From assembly GCA_951406725.2 (NCBI GenBank), contig OX597825.1:34534001-34598000 (forward strand): a stretch of DNA of 64,000 nucleotides, read 5' to 3'. This document shows positions 37,336 to 51,844 of the stretch, one piece after another (the stretch's first letter is position 1; each line of letters begins with the position of its first letter). The DNA is from Octopus vulgaris. Lineage: Eukaryota. The notes below the pieces were generated by a model that saw only the letters and a program-made list of their open reading frames with translations, had not been told where the DNA came from and searched no databases. The translations under genes were made by a program, and so were the position numbers.

Positions 37336-38419
37336 TGATATATATATACACATACATGCATAAGTGTTATGTGTTTGTATTTGTCACCCCTCTCTCACAC
37401 ACACACACACTGCTTGACAACTGGTGCCTCTAAGGCAAACATTTTCAACTGTAACTTTTGAATGATCAACTACAACATAGGTGTGGAATTAGGTACTCTG
37501 TGAAAGACCTTTGTATAGTCTGTGTATATCTTTCACTGAAGTGAATATATCTGTACTCACACAATAATAAACTAGTATCATTTTTATGATACAAGTGCTC
37601 TTGTATGTATGCATGTATTTATGTATCCACATATGTGTCTGCTCTAGTATGTATGCATGTATTTATCTATCTATCCGCTCAGTCAAAGTTGACTCTCGGT
37701 TATTCCATTGATCAGTGTCCTTCCAGTCAGTTCTATCCAGATTGGCTATGGGTATGTATTTATATACCCATATATGCATGTATTTATATACCCATATATG
37801 TGTGTATGTATGTGTAGTATAGCATAGTGTAGAAGAAATGTACTTATGATCTTTGCAAGCCCTTGAGACTAGTGACATCAATACAAATTATGTTCACTTT
37901 GAACATTTGTAAATTAATATGTGTGAGTGTGTGTGTGTGTGAAGGAATATGGCCTATTGGTTAGGGTATTGCACTCTCAATTGGGAGATCATAGGTTCAA
38001 TTTCTATACCAGCCAGTGCATTGTGTTCTTCAGTAAAACACTTAATTTTACAGTGTTCTGTAATTATTCTGACATTTGATGTGTGGCATACTTGTGCAGG
38101 TAATGTCGATTTGATAGAGGGAGTGGGTTTATGTGAACATTTGATCACTATAAACAAATCATCTATGTGATTATTTAGCAGGAAATTTTGGAACACTTGT
38201 CCATCATCCAACAGCGAGTAGGTCCATAATATATATAGAATGAGTAAAGACCTCCTTCAGTCATGAATGACCATGAAATTGCAAGACACAATTCCAGGTA
38301 TGGTTGTTTATGGAAGACCAGCAGTTGCCCATGCATACCAGCCTCCCTTGCTCAATGCTACCAATGTTATCCAAGGGAAAAGCAAAGGCCGATACAGCTT
38401 AGCACCAGTGACGTAGCAA

Positions 38420-38476
<57 letters not shown>

Positions 38477-39689
38477 AATATAAATACATGGCAAAAAAGC
38501 AAATTAAGTGCAGTATTCATCCAATGAATACCAATGAAAATATAGTTTCTTTGGATCAATCAGAAGATTGATTGCCACTATTGCATGTGTGTGTGTGTGT
38601 GTGTGTGCGTGTGCGTGCGTGTGTGTGTGTTATATACATATGCATAGAATTCTTTTTTTGAAATAGTGGATCTCAAAGCACACATAGTTATAAATAATAA
38701 CATGTAAATATTAGGTTGCATACACATACACTTGATGAAGATCTCTGCACAGAGAGTGTTCACCTACTGCTTTTAGTTAGTTAGGGGAGGAGGGACAGTG
38801 CCCCAAATCTTTTTAGACTGGTGAGGTTTTTGTAGGTGATGATACTCAACCTGAACGTCTACAGTTCAATGTTTACAGGGAAACATGAGTGGTGATGGAA
38901 TCAAGGATTGAATCTGAGAGTTTGTAATAGAATGAATTCCATTAAAGACCAGGTATTTTCATTGTTAATGTTGTTTGGTTTCAGGTTATCTCTGAAGACT
39001 GACTGGGAGCCAAAACTTTGGAGGTAAAAGATGTACATAAGCAATTAGTAGTAGAAGCTCTTGTAAAATTCAGACATGACTGAACCATTCCAACGATGAG
39101 CATCCTTTCTTATTTTAAAATAATGTATCCTTTTTTTTTTTTTAAGACAGCAATTTGTGATTTGAGGAATATTTGGCAGCTATTTCTAGCAGATTGAGCA
39201 GATGCTTCTTCAATAGTATGAAACCAGGTGGTTTTAACACCCTATACTAAATACACACTATTGGGTTCTTATGTACACTGAAAATACTGTATTTAGTTCT
39301 TAACTACATTCTTACTTGCTTAATATGTAGGGTAAGAGTAAGTAGGAATTCAATACTGTGTAATGGGTGAATGGAAAAGGTGATATGGGATCTCTAGCAG
39401 ACTGACAGGGAGCCAAGACTTAGGAGGTAAAAGATGTACAAAAATAATTAGAAGTAGAAGCTCTTGTGAAATAAAGTATATTAATTGCTCTTACAGCTTA
39501 TTGGATAGGGTCACTAGTTTCTGTAACCTAATTGGTGGCTTAATTGATGGTTGTAATACGAGTATGGTAGTAGTTATAGTAACGGAAGGATTGAAAGAAG
39601 TTCACAGAACTGTTCTTATCTCTGTTTGTAAAAGAGTTTTCTTCTTTTGTACAAAGGTAATGCAATACTGCATCATAGAAACGACTAGT

Positions 39690-40262
39690 TATGTTCTGAG
39701 TTCAAATTCCGCCGAGGTCAACTTGTCTTTCGTCCTTTCGGGGTTGATAAATTAAGTACCAGTTATGCACTGGGGTCAATATAATCGACTGAATCCGTTT
39801 GCCTGTCCTTGTTTGTCCCCTCCATGTTTAGCCCCTTGCGGGCAATAAAGAAATAAGAAGTTTGCTTCCCAACCACATGGTTCTGGGTTTAGTCCCATTG
39901 TGTGACATATTGGGGAAGTGCCTTCTACTATAGCTTTGGGCTGGTCAAAGCCTTGTGAGTGGATTCGGTAGATGGAAACTGAAAGAAGCCCATTGTATAT
40001 ATATATAAATATAGATATACACACACACATACATATGTGTGTGTGTACATGTGTATGTCTTTGTGTTTGTTTCACACCACCACCTGACAATCAGTGTTGG
40101 TTTGTTTACATTCCTTTAACTTACCAGTTCAGTAAAAGAGACTGATAGAATAAGTACCAGGCTTAATATAAATAAGTATTGGGGCCAATTCATTCAACTA
40201 AAATTTCTGAAGGTGGTGCCTCCAGCATGACCACAGTCCAATGATTGAGACAAGTAAAAGAC
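39690..40262 (+). mobile_element. SINE family B 3' part joined to SINE family A
   Basis: B core at 39690-39856; A body at 39856-40262. Confidence 0.82.
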
Positions 40263-40455
40263 AGAGGCTTGCAAAAGGTTTTCGGAGAAACAAGCTGAGT
40301 TTGATCCATTCAATGTAAAACATAACATTAGCTTGCTTTAAAAGTAAAATTAAAACAAAACACAAGTGCACTGAGAGAGAGATAATGCAACATAATATTG
40401 AAAGTATTGGCTGAAGTGGACAAAAGAACCAAATCTTTTGTTCCAGAATATGATG

Positions 40456-42077
40456 ACTGATCAATAAGTATCTGGACTGGTGCTATAAAAACAAAACTAC
40501 AATTTCCTTCAAAGTAGGCCCATTCGGAAGCCACACACTTAATCCAGCACTGTTTCCATTGATGGAAGCATTCCTGGAATTCATTTTGTGGGACAATCAG
40601 CAGCTGCCTCATCACATTCACTTTGATTTCCTTGATGTCCTGAAATCTTCCTTTCAAGTGGGATTTGATTTTTGGAATGAGGAAAATGTTGCAAGGGGTG
40701 AGATCTGGGGAATGCTGTGCTTAGCCAAAAACTGCTGCACAAGCTGCACTGAATGGACAGGTGCAATTTCCACTCACTGGACGCATGGCCTTTTCCGATG
40801 AATAGCATCTTGCAAATACTGCAAAACTTCATGGTAGTACTCCTTGCTTACTGTCTGACTTGGTACAGCATGCTCATGATGAACAATCCCTTTGTAGTTG
40901 AAGAAAACAGTCAACTCATTTGTGCTTTCTTCAGTCTCAGAGAGGTTGGGGGTCTTCCACTGCAAAGACTGAGCCTTTATTTTGGGATCATAGCCATAGA
41001 CCCACGATTCCTCACTTGTTCTGGTTGTTTTCAAAAAGTTTCCATTGTTCTCAGCACAATCAAGGAGATCTTGTGCAACTGAAACCCGAGTGTCTTTTTG
41101 GTCAGCTGAGAGCAGTTTTGGAACAAACTTGGCTGACACGTGGTGTCTCATACTCAAATCTTCAGTGGTAATGGACTGAACTGAACCATAACTAATCTGC
41201 ACATCCTCTGATAACTCACAGATAGTGATTCAATGATTCCCCCTCACAGCTGCATGCATATCTGCAATATTTTTCTCAGTTCTTCTTGTTGCGAGACACT
41301 CAGAACGTTTGTCATTATCGACATTTTTTTGGCCATCTTGGAAATGTCTGAATCACTCACACACTTGTGTGCAGCTCATACACTCTTCTCTGAGCAGGTA
41401 TCACCAAGCTTTTGTCAAAATTTGATGTAGCTTCTCTGCTCAACTTTCTTTATCATGGTCAATGCGACAATCACACACTACACAAGTTCTTTCTAAGCAC
41501 TGCTGTAAACAGTGGAAGAGAGCTAAAATGTTAAAACTTCATGCACATACATATAGGTGCAGGAGTGGCTGTGATATAGGCACAGGAGTGGCTGTGTGGT
41601 AAGCAACTTGTTTACCAACCACATGGTTCCGGGTTCAGTCCCACTGCATGGTACCTTGGGCAATTGTCTTCTACTATAGCCTCGGGCCGACCAAAGCCTT
41701 GTGAGTGGATTTGGTAGACGGAAACTGAAAGAAGCCTGTCATATATATGTATATGTATGTGCGTGTATATTTGTGTGTCCGTGTTTGTCCCCCTAGCATT
41801 GCTTGACACCCGATGCTGGTGTGTTTATGTCTCCGTTACTTAGCGGTTCAGCAAAAGAGACCGATAGAATAAGTACTGGGCTTACAAAGAATAAGTCCCA
41901 GGGTCGAGTTGCTCGATTAAAGACAGTGCACCTGCATAGCTGCAGTCAAAATCACTGAAACAAGTAAAAAGAGAAAAAGAGAATACACAGCAAAGTTCAA
42001 GGTCAATCTGTGCCATGTGGCTTCATTTGTGTGTTTTAGCTTTGTTAATATGGCAACAAATATTTATTGATCAGACC
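40456..42077 (-). mobile_element. Degraded mariner transposon interrupted by SINE A
   Basis: ISYGSVQSI, VSAKFVPKLLS, ESWVYGYDP, LKGRFQDI motifs. TIR-like CTGATCAATAAGTAT / TATTTATTGATCAG. Confidence 0.85.
41552..41982 (+). mobile_element. SINE family A, young, with duplicated 5' end
   Basis: ATAGGTGCAGGAGTGGCTGTG is repeated as ATAGGCACAGGAGTGGCTGTG. Confidence 0.9.
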
Positions 42078-42324
42078 ACTATCATCTTTTTGTTGATGCC
42101 ATAAGAATTTAGAAAAAATTGAAGGTTGCTCATGGGATATGCCTCCACAACTCCTATAAGCTTGACAAATGTTCTACCATTGGATTGAAGCAATCCTTCC
42201 AAATTTTCTACCCAATATTTTGATTTTTTATCCAAAGGGTTTATATGCTATTATTTATAACTTTATAGTGATTCGAGATCCAGCATTCCAAAAATTAATC
42301 ATCTCTTTGAATTTTTTTTTCCTC

Positions 42325-42667
42325 TTAGTTTCAGTCATTAGATTGTGGCCATGCTGGAGCACCGCCTTGAAGAATTTTTAGTCGAATGAATCAACCTCAG
42401 TAACTTTTTTTTGTTTTGTTAAGCCTGGTACTTATTCCATCAATCTTATTTACCAAACTGCCAAGTTACAAGGATGTAAGCACATCAACATCGGTTGCCA
42501 AGTGGGGGACACAAGCACACACACTCAAGCAGTGGAGAGAAACATATATACATTCAGACACATTTATGTAAGTGTGGCACCTTGGACACTGTCTTCCAAT
42601 ATAGTCTTGCACTGACCAAAGCCTTGTGAGTGGATTTGGCAGACAGAAATTGAAAGAAGAGCATATC

Positions 42668-42698
<31 letters not shown>

Positions 42699-43305
42699 TG
42701 TGTGTGTGTATGCGTGTGTGTGTGTGTGTTTGTCCCCTTACCCTCGCTTGACATCCAATTAACAGTTCAGCAAAAGCAACCTATAGAATAAGTACTAGGC
42801 TTACAAAAAATAAGTCTTGGGATCGATTTCTTCAACTAAAACTCTTTAAGGAGGTGCCCCAGCATGGCTGCAGTCAAATGACTGAAAGAAGAAAAACAAT
42901 AAAGAATAGAATATACATACATATTCTTTTTTTCTTTTATTTGTTTCAATTATTTGACTGCGGTCATACTGGAGCACCGCCTTTTAGTCAAAAAAATCGA
43001 CCCTAGGACTTATTCTTTGTAAGCCTAGTACTTAATGTATCGGTTTCTTTTGCCGAACCATTAAATTACGGGGACGTAAACACACCAACATTGGTTTTCA
43101 AGCAATGGTGGGAGGGACAAACATATACATACACACACACACACATATATACGACAGGCTTCTTTCAGTTTCCATCTACTAAATCCACTCACAAGGCTTT
43201 GGTCAGCCCGAGGCTATAGTAGAAGACACTTGCCCAAGGTTCCACGCAGTGAGACAAAACCCAGAACCATATGATTGGTAAGCAAGCTACTTTCCACACA
43301 ACCAC
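42325..43305. mobile_element. Cluster of three SINE family A copies (-, +, -)
   Basis: Copies at ~42325-42510, ~42570-42905 and ~42930-43305. Confidence 0.82.
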
Positions 43306-43317
43306 TCATATATATCA

Positions 43318-43562
43318 CCCTGACTGGCTCCTGTGCCGGTGCCATGTAAAAAGCACCATTTGATCGTGGTTGATGTCAGCCCCCTTTGGCCCTTGTGCCG
43401 GTGGCATGTAAAAAGCACTACACTCTTGGAATGGTTGGCATTAGGAAGGGCATCCAGCTGTAGAAACACTGGTGCAGCCTCCTGGCTTCCCAGACCCCAG
43501 TTGAACCGTCCAATGCATGTCAGCATGGAAAATGGACGTTAAACGATGATGATGATGATGAT
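43318..43562 (+). mobile_element. RTE 3' tail / RTE-derived SINE
   Basis: Matches 52855-53200 on the minus strand; ends in (GAT)n. Confidence 0.8.
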
Positions 43563-44465
43563 AAATATATATATATATATATATAGATATATATAATTAA
43601 AAAATTTTGACAGCTTATGTTGTAGCTTGTTACAACACATGCACACACCCATTCACACAAATGTGTAATATATACTGTATATATATATATATATATATAT
43701 ATATGAATCTCAGTTGCACTTATATGTTTATTAGAACCACATTTGTTCCACTCCTAATTTCAACTACATTATTAACTGTACAATTCATTCCTAACTTCTG
43801 ACTCTTGTTACTATAGCTAAGAAACCTGTGAATTCACAAACAACATTAAAAATCAACAACAAAGCAACAATATAAAAATAAATAATCTCTCACTGATAAA
43901 ATACCAAAAACAAAATTCTAAAACGTTTCATACTTACAACCCACATGTAACATGATCGCTCCTTATCCTCTCAAACATGGTTAGCTACAAATCTCCAACC
44001 TCTACAAAATACAACTGGGCAGGGTATGAAATGAATAGTCTTATTAACACCTATTTCAGTCTCCACAGATTCAGTGAAATAATATATGCCGTCATACATA
44101 CATATACAGTAAAATTACTGCGAAATTTGTTTTGCTGTAACACAAAAGAACATTGAGATATTAAATGAATGAAATCAACTAAAGGGTAACATTTCTGTGG
44201 ATGCTTTGGCAAAATTTGAAAATATGTTGAGTGCCAATATAGCATTACTAGTGATTCATCTATCTCAAATTCAGACGGTCAGCTGTGTAGCAACAACACA
44301 TTTAGACTGAATACAGTACCACCTTACAGCTGAGCACATTGGAGTCTTGCCTCAGGGCTTCACAATTACAGAGGCCCAATTCTGATCAAGAATGTTGTAG
44401 CTTGCTGTCAATAAATAAATACTATAGAGCCCAGCGCATTGATTTGTAAGGGGCCCTATAATACT

Positions 44466-44694
44466 TATTTCTTTATTACCCACAAGGGGCCAAACACAGA
44501 GGGGACAAACAAGGACAGACATAGGTATTAAGTCGATTACATCGACCTCAGTGCGTAACTGGTACTTAATTTATCAACCCCGAAAGGATGAAAGGCAAAG
44601 TCGACCTCGGCGGAATTTGAACTCAGAACGTAGCGGCAGACGAAATACCGCTAAGCATTTTGCCTGGCGTGCTAACGTTTCTGCCAGCTCGCCA
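44466..44694 (-). mobile_element. SINE family B with 12-bp TSD
   Basis: CCCTATAATACT at 44454-44465 and 44695-44706. Confidence 0.9.
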
Positions 44695-45184
44695 CCCTAT
44701 AATACTGCTAAGATGGCCCTGGTTGAATCTCCTGTTTTTGCGGCATAACAGAGACAGAAGCCAATGAAAATGCTTCTATGTAGTTGCTTGACTTTTCAGA
44801 AATGATGACAAAATCCTCTTCATACCACACCATATTAGCATTTAATCTGTCCATATCCAGCCCAAATTTTCTACATGCTTTATATTAAAACTGACCAGAT
44901 GCAACCTCTCACCTACCCTACAATGTTATTCTAAAAATATACAAACACACCACTGAAATCCTGAAGCTATAAGATAATGCTTGATTAACTGCAAACAATT
45001 TGAATAAATAAGCATTTCTTTTGACAGAATAATATGAATGCTAAAATGTTTAAAAAATGGAAAAAAGAACACAGTGAAACTATGTGGCTTTTTACATACC
45101 ATATCTGGGGAAAAAACCCCAGCTGAAATGACTTTTGTTATAGTCCTGCATGATCAAGGCTGACTTGGGCTAAATAACAAAGGT

Positions 45185-45351
45185 GCATGTGTGGCTGTGT
45201 AGTTGAGAAGCTTGCTTCCCAATCATGTGGTCTTGGGTTCAGTCCCATTGTGTGGCACCTTACTGAGTATCTTCAACTATAGCCCCAGGTCAACCAAAAG
45301 TCTTGTGAGTTGATTTGGTGGGTAGAAATTCAAAGAAACCCATCATATGAG

Positions 45352-45394
<43 letters not shown>

Positions 45395-45600
45395 CCCTTG
45401 TCTTGACATCTTGAGGTGATTGCAAGCTAACATCACTGTCATACAATCAATGTGGTTGATAGAGAAATATTATTTTGCTTGAAAACAGGTGCAGCTTAGT
45501 GACATGAAGGGCATGTAGCTGCAAAAAGCCAGCCTCTACAAATTCTGTCTGACCCCTGCATGCATGGAAAAGTTGATGTTAAAACGATGGTGATGAATGA
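45185..45600 (+). mobile_element. SINE with family A head and RTE-like tail
   Basis: A-type head; tail GCATGGAAAAGTTGATGTTAAAACGATGGTGATG. Confidence 0.65.
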
Positions 45601-46494
45601 TATCTATGAAAATGCTATGGTGCATTGAAAGGCGGTAGCCTGGTAATCTGAAGGGCATTCTCAGGCAGCTGGACTGATAAGAGAAAAGAGGAGGAGGAGG
45701 CAGTTACAACATGCTGATATCAAGCCAAAGTTGGATGGATACACTACCTTGCTAAATTTCATCCACAAATGATCCATCCCATTTTAAACATTTGGCTGCA
45801 AGTCTGGGCTATTAATAAGCCAATTCTAGATACCATACCAATACAGTTACTAATTATTTTTCCACTGCCATACCTTTTAATAACTCTCCCTCCTCACCAC
45901 CTCTGCCACGAATGATGGAATTACGAATGATAAACAAAAACTTCCCAGCCAGTGAGATAATCACTCTACCACCACATACCCCAAAATGTGAAGATAACTC
46001 AGAAAATGGCGTTTGTTACTTTGAACCCCCCATTGCAAGAACAACAACAACAGCAGAAGATCACTGCTTCCCATCCCCCACACCATATCTATTCCCCAAC
46101 TGTTTGTTGCAGGTTTATCACTTGGTATCCACCTAAATGATATAACTGGGGTTAAACTGTCAATATCTCCACCCAGATACAGAGTTCATGTATCCCACTA
46201 CCATCATTAAAAATAACATAAGTGCCTTCTTCATCTCAAACTGTGTGAGAAGTCACTCATTATAAAACAAGCCAAACAAGGGAACCTTTACATGGCTGCT
46301 TGACTTGCTAGAACTAGGAGCCAAATATCCATCCCATCATATACTATTGTGTTTAAAAAGAAAATGAATGACACATTGGATTATGTAGTCTTAGATACAC
46401 AATACTTAAGTGAAGGCCAGAGTGTGCATGACTGAAACCCTTTTAATCATAAGGTCTGCTTGTTTACGGTTGACCTGGGGTTAAACAACTCACC

Positions 46495-46824
46495 ATGGCA
46501 CTTTAGGCAAGTGTCTTCTAGTATTATAGTCTTGTGTTGACCAAAGTCTTTTGAATGCATCTGATAGATGGAAACTGAAAGAAGCTCATTGTATTTGCAT
46601 AAATGTGTGTTTCTTTGTGCCTGTATCTGTTTCTCCCCTCACACACACCACCACCACCACTTGAAAACTGGTGTTGATGTGTTTATGTCCTCAGCAAAAA
46701 AGACTGATAGAATAAGTAGGATAAGGTTTTAAAAAAATAAGTACTGGGAGTGATTTGTTTGACTCAAATTCTTCAAGGCAGTTTCCCAGCATGACTGCTA
46801 TCTAATGACTGAAACTAGTAAAAG

Positions 46825-46825
<1 letters not shown>
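46495..46825 (+). mobile_element. SINE family A (decayed)
   Basis: Body and tail motifs. Confidence 0.75.
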
Positions 46826-46886
<61 letters not shown>

Positions 46887-47989
46887 TGTTTTCTTGAACT
46901 TTTGATTCTTGATAAACTCATGTTTATCTTTGTCTTTACCTATAATTTATGAGCATAATATGTTTGCATATGTATGCCCATGGTTAAACATAGATAATAT
47001 ACCTGTAGTGTAATGGATACTTCTATGCCTTATATGGTTATTTTAACCTCTAACTCAGCTAACCTGTATATATATATTTAAATATAAAAGAATCAACAAA
47101 CTTTTCTAATAAAGCTAACAAACCATATCAATAGAAAAATGAAAGAATATCTGTTAGAAATAGATGTGAAATCATCCTCCATTCACACCTTTCTGTTGCC
47201 CCCAAATAGAAAGACATATTGTAGTTCTACATTCACTGTGTTTGAAAAACAAAAAGATGGACTGGTCACATTTGGAATGTTTTTGGTCATAGTTCTAGTC
47301 AGGGCTCATCTGGGACTAAATAACATTAGATACAAAAGAAGTGTTGGAATCAGAAGTGTATATTCAGGACATCTATATTTAACCATGTATGTCTGTAGAA
47401 TGCAGTGCCTTTGCTACCTTCAGAAATTATTTTTTAACTCTTTTGTTACTATATTTCTGTTGAAATACAGTCTTTGTTTCAGTTAATTTTGATAATAATG
47501 ATGAATTTAATGATGCAACTGTCATTTATTAAGCTAGTGTTTGATACCTAAATTAACATGAAATTTTGATGAGAGGTTTTAATTTAGATCACTTTAAAAC
47601 AGTAAGTTTGCATCATAAATCCAGGGCCCTCCTTAAGCAAAGTGACTATCTCCATAAAGTCAGTCACAAATTTTTCAAAAACTGTGAGGTAACTGTTGCT
47701 GCTCATATTTTATTGAGATGACCACAATCCAATCACTAGGTTGTGGTTATACTGGAGTACCATTTCTCTTTGGTTATTTCAGGAGTATGTGGCTATAATG
47801 TCCTTGTAATCCCTTTAAGTGACCATAGTCTTCTAGACACTAGATTGAGCCAACAGGTAGCTTATGGTCATTTATACACCAAAAGGGGAGTATAGCAGCT
47901 GTCGTTGGCTGTTCAAGTGCATGTTATTAAATGGAAAAAAAGTTAGTATGAATCACCATAAGACATTTTTGTGTATATACTGTTTATTC

Positions 47990-48830
47990 TGTGTTCACCT
48001 TTGATGTCGTGTTGACATGGGTAGCAGTTCTTGCATGTGTTTGCAAAGTCTGTGTATGAACATAGTGGGGTCTTGTGTGGACAGATCCACTGGGGCCAAC
48101 ATCTGGCCTGGCAAGGAAAGAGGTGTGCCATTATCAAGTTCTGCTGGGGAATAATTGAGACTTTAATGAGGCTTGGCAGCCAAAAAGAACTATTGAAAGA
48201 TATTTGCTCCAATGCTGCTGATCTAGGTAAGCATGCAAAGCAGCTTTCATTTGATGGTGGAATTGTTCTACCATACTGTTGGATTGTGAATGGTAATTGG
48301 TGGCTTGAATTCGACATGCGCCTATGGTCTTCATGAGCTTGTGGAAGAGTTGCAATTCAAACTGTTTTCCATGGTTGGTAGTGATGGAGGTAGGGTCTCT
48401 AAAATTTTGGCAACAGATTCTGCAGTGATATCTACTAAAAAAATAGCTTCCGGCCAACATGTGAAATGATCAATGCAGGTGAGCAGGTAGATATATCTCT
48501 GGCTGACTGGCCAAGGTCCAACAAGTTTGATGTGTACATGGTTGAAACGCACGTCTGGTATGTTGAATGTGCCAAGGATTGCATGGATGTGCCTATGCAA
48601 CTTTGACTTCTGACAGAAAAGGCAGGAGTGTGACCAAGCAGTGATGTCTTGTCTCATATTTGGCCAAAAGAACCTAGCCGAAATGAGTTTCACTATTGCG
48701 GTGATGCCAGGGTGTGAGAGGTTATGCAGTGTGCTGAAGACTGTTTGTCTGTGAGTCTCCAGAGCAAAAGGACGAGGAGAATTTGTGAAAGTATCGCACA
48801 AGGAGTATCTTTGTGGTCGTTCAACTTTTA
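47990..48830 (-). pseudogene. Ty3/gypsy integrase relic
   Basis: HNLSHPG...FFWPNMRQDI...CLFCQKSK (HHCC), LTCIDHFTCWPEA, ITTNHGKQFE, SNSMVEQFH; frameshifted. Confidence 0.88.
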
Positions 48831-51544
48831 CACATCCTACCTTTAAAAAATGAAGGACTCGTATCATGTAGTTCTAAATAACTAAAAGAAAAAGAAAAAA
48901 GATAGGGATGGTTATAGTAGGAACGCCTTTAATCAAAAGTTTACTAGTCTCAAACAACAGCAACAAGACTCCATCCATATTAGTGACCAAACACCTATTG
49001 TTTTCCTTAGACAAAACTATTTTGCCCAAAGTTAGGGTTGTTTCGTCGCAGGTCAGTTTTGACTGAACAGACTTATAACCAAAAGAGAGAGAGAAAAAAA
49101 AAAGGAAAAAAAGGAAGAAAGAAAAGAAAATATTGCAGCCCTAATAGCCCCGTCTTTTATTTTTCTTAAACGAGTGAGAACACACTATGCATTATGTAGG
49201 GTGTGGTTAGAAGGAGATGTATAGGAATATCGCCGGTATGTTGTTCATGTTCTAACACCATTAACGCACAACAAAACTGGTGATATTATTCTCTCTTCAC
49301 TTCGCCTTTGCACGAGGTATATTGCTATATCTTATTTCCCTCAGATTAACAGAACTTTTTTTTGTTACGGCAAAATACAATACTGCAAAGAAAATTTGAA
49401 GAGAACAAGACAGGAATTGCGAAGAAGGAAAAGGGGAAACAAAGAGAGAGAGAAAGAGGTGAATGAAAAAAGGAGGAAAAATGAAAAATCAGCGAGAGAA
49501 TGCGAAGAGTTCAGTTTGGCTGCAGACGAACTAATCGCCACAATAATAAATTTTTTTTTTCTGATCCACGTGGTAACTAACCGGTCTCTTTCTGGGAAGA
49601 TATAATTTTCCTCTATACCAGGCGCTTGCCTGCTTCTCTCTCTCTCTCTCCCTCCCTCGTTCTTGTAGCGGTTTTCATGTAAGGTTCGACAGAATAGTTG
49701 GTTTGAGCAGCATAAACATAATGATGACATCATATAAGAGTGTTGGCGAGTACAAATTGCGTGTCCATTCAAGCTGAACCTAGGGTACGTAATGTGTATT
49801 CCTTTTTTTTTTCTACGTGTTGACATGTTTAAGCATTTTTCAGAACATCAGTAGTGTTTTTATATTCCTAATTCAGCATCACAATAATCTGTTTGTCTTT
49901 TACTTGCTATAATTATTGTGAAAATCAAAATTCATCCTCGCCCTTCTAATAAGGTACAACTTACTATTTTTAGCTACACCCTACTCTACATACACACAGA
50001 TATATATATTCTTTCATTCATTTCCAATATGCTTGTTTCTTATAGAGAAGGACATTTAACGCTGTGAGTGTATAAAATTTCATTTCCACGTAGTTTAATT
50101 TTTCTTTTCTTTTTTTTTTTTGATTTTTCTTTTGACGTTTAGCCTTGATTGCAACTAGGAACAAAACGGAAATAAGAAAATCGAATATTAAATATTATTC
50201 TATCTATCATCACTCGACGCTTATTTTACACACACAGCGTTACAACATCTGGAAATTAAAATAAAAAAAAAAAGATCGTACTATTATGTCCATGGTACAT
50301 TAAATCTTTATTACGCATGCAAATCATTGAAATGTTTTCCTAAAAAGAAGTAAACAGAGGTAAAAAAAATTCCTCGACTGTTCCATTTAATAATGTGTAC
50401 TTTAAGCTTGAACCTTGAAGGTTCTGAACCAAACTCGAACATTATACTACTTATGTGGGTGTGTGTGAGTGTGTATATGTAAAATATGTATACTTATACC
50501 AACACGGATGTGTTTGTGTGTGTGTATATATACACACACACATCCACATATATGTAGAGAGGCATGTATGTTTGTATATATATTATGTGTGTGTGTGTAT
50601 GTATGTATATTATAATATATACAGTTAAAACGAAGAAATACTTGAAAATAAAATCGTGTTACTAACTGAAATCAATACACAAAATACTATTATCTCTAGA
50701 TACGATCGTGTTTCTAGCAATTGTTCATAGTAATATATGGATGGACAGTTGATACCTTCATCAGCGGAAAAACTGTCTTGAGAGATTATTATCTTTCTAT
50801 CACCCCCCCCCCATATTCTCCTTTCCCTCTTTCTCTCACACACGCACACATCCCAAACAAACTTACAACGACATTGTAATGTAGAATTCGCTATTTCATT
50901 TGCGTTAGATAAAACAGCAATTTCATTTATATAGAAGGTAAAATAAGCGCTTTGATATGTTAAATTCATGTCATCAGACAAGAATAAACCATTTAAATGT
51001 AATGAAACTATTTAAAGAACCTTTTTTTTTTTTAAACTATAACAGGTTAGATGAACCGTTTTCATTAACCTATATATATATATATATATATATTATTATT
51101 ATTATTATTATATATGTATATATATTGTTATATTTATATGTTATATGTATATATAATGTTGTATATGTTTTATATATATATCATGTTATATATTATATAT
51201 ATATGTTATAGATATTATATAGATGTTATATATATATATCATATATACTTAAGTTATATATATGTTAAATATTATATATGTTATATATATTATATATGTT
51301 ATGTATATACTATATATATATTATATAAATATATGTTATAAAGAGCAGTAAAAAATGGGGGTGGGGTCAATAGATGGTATTCATCAACTTTTAGACATAT
51401 TATGTCAATTTATTTATTTACTAAAAGGACAACTATAACAATATACATACATGTATAACATATGCTTTACATATATAATATAAAATATAAAAATATCAGT
51501 AATTATTATGACATGTAGCAATAGAAATTGGGATAATATATATG

Positions 51545-51589
<45 letters not shown>

Positions 51590-51732
51590 CTATCTATCTG
51601 TCTATCTATCTATATATATATATATATATGTGTGTGTGTATAATATATATATGAGGGGTGTATGAAGTCTTGAGCCTCATAAAAATCAAAACACGGTACA
51701 TGACTTCAAGGCTCAAAACTTTTCTCTCTCCC

Positions 51733-51809
<77 letters not shown>

Positions 51810-51844
51810 GCATATATATTCTATACATATGTTATATACATATG

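Noticed and set aside
49365-49826. 153-aa minus-strand ORF
   Set aside because: It is low-complexity and crosses simple repeats; no domain is recognisable.
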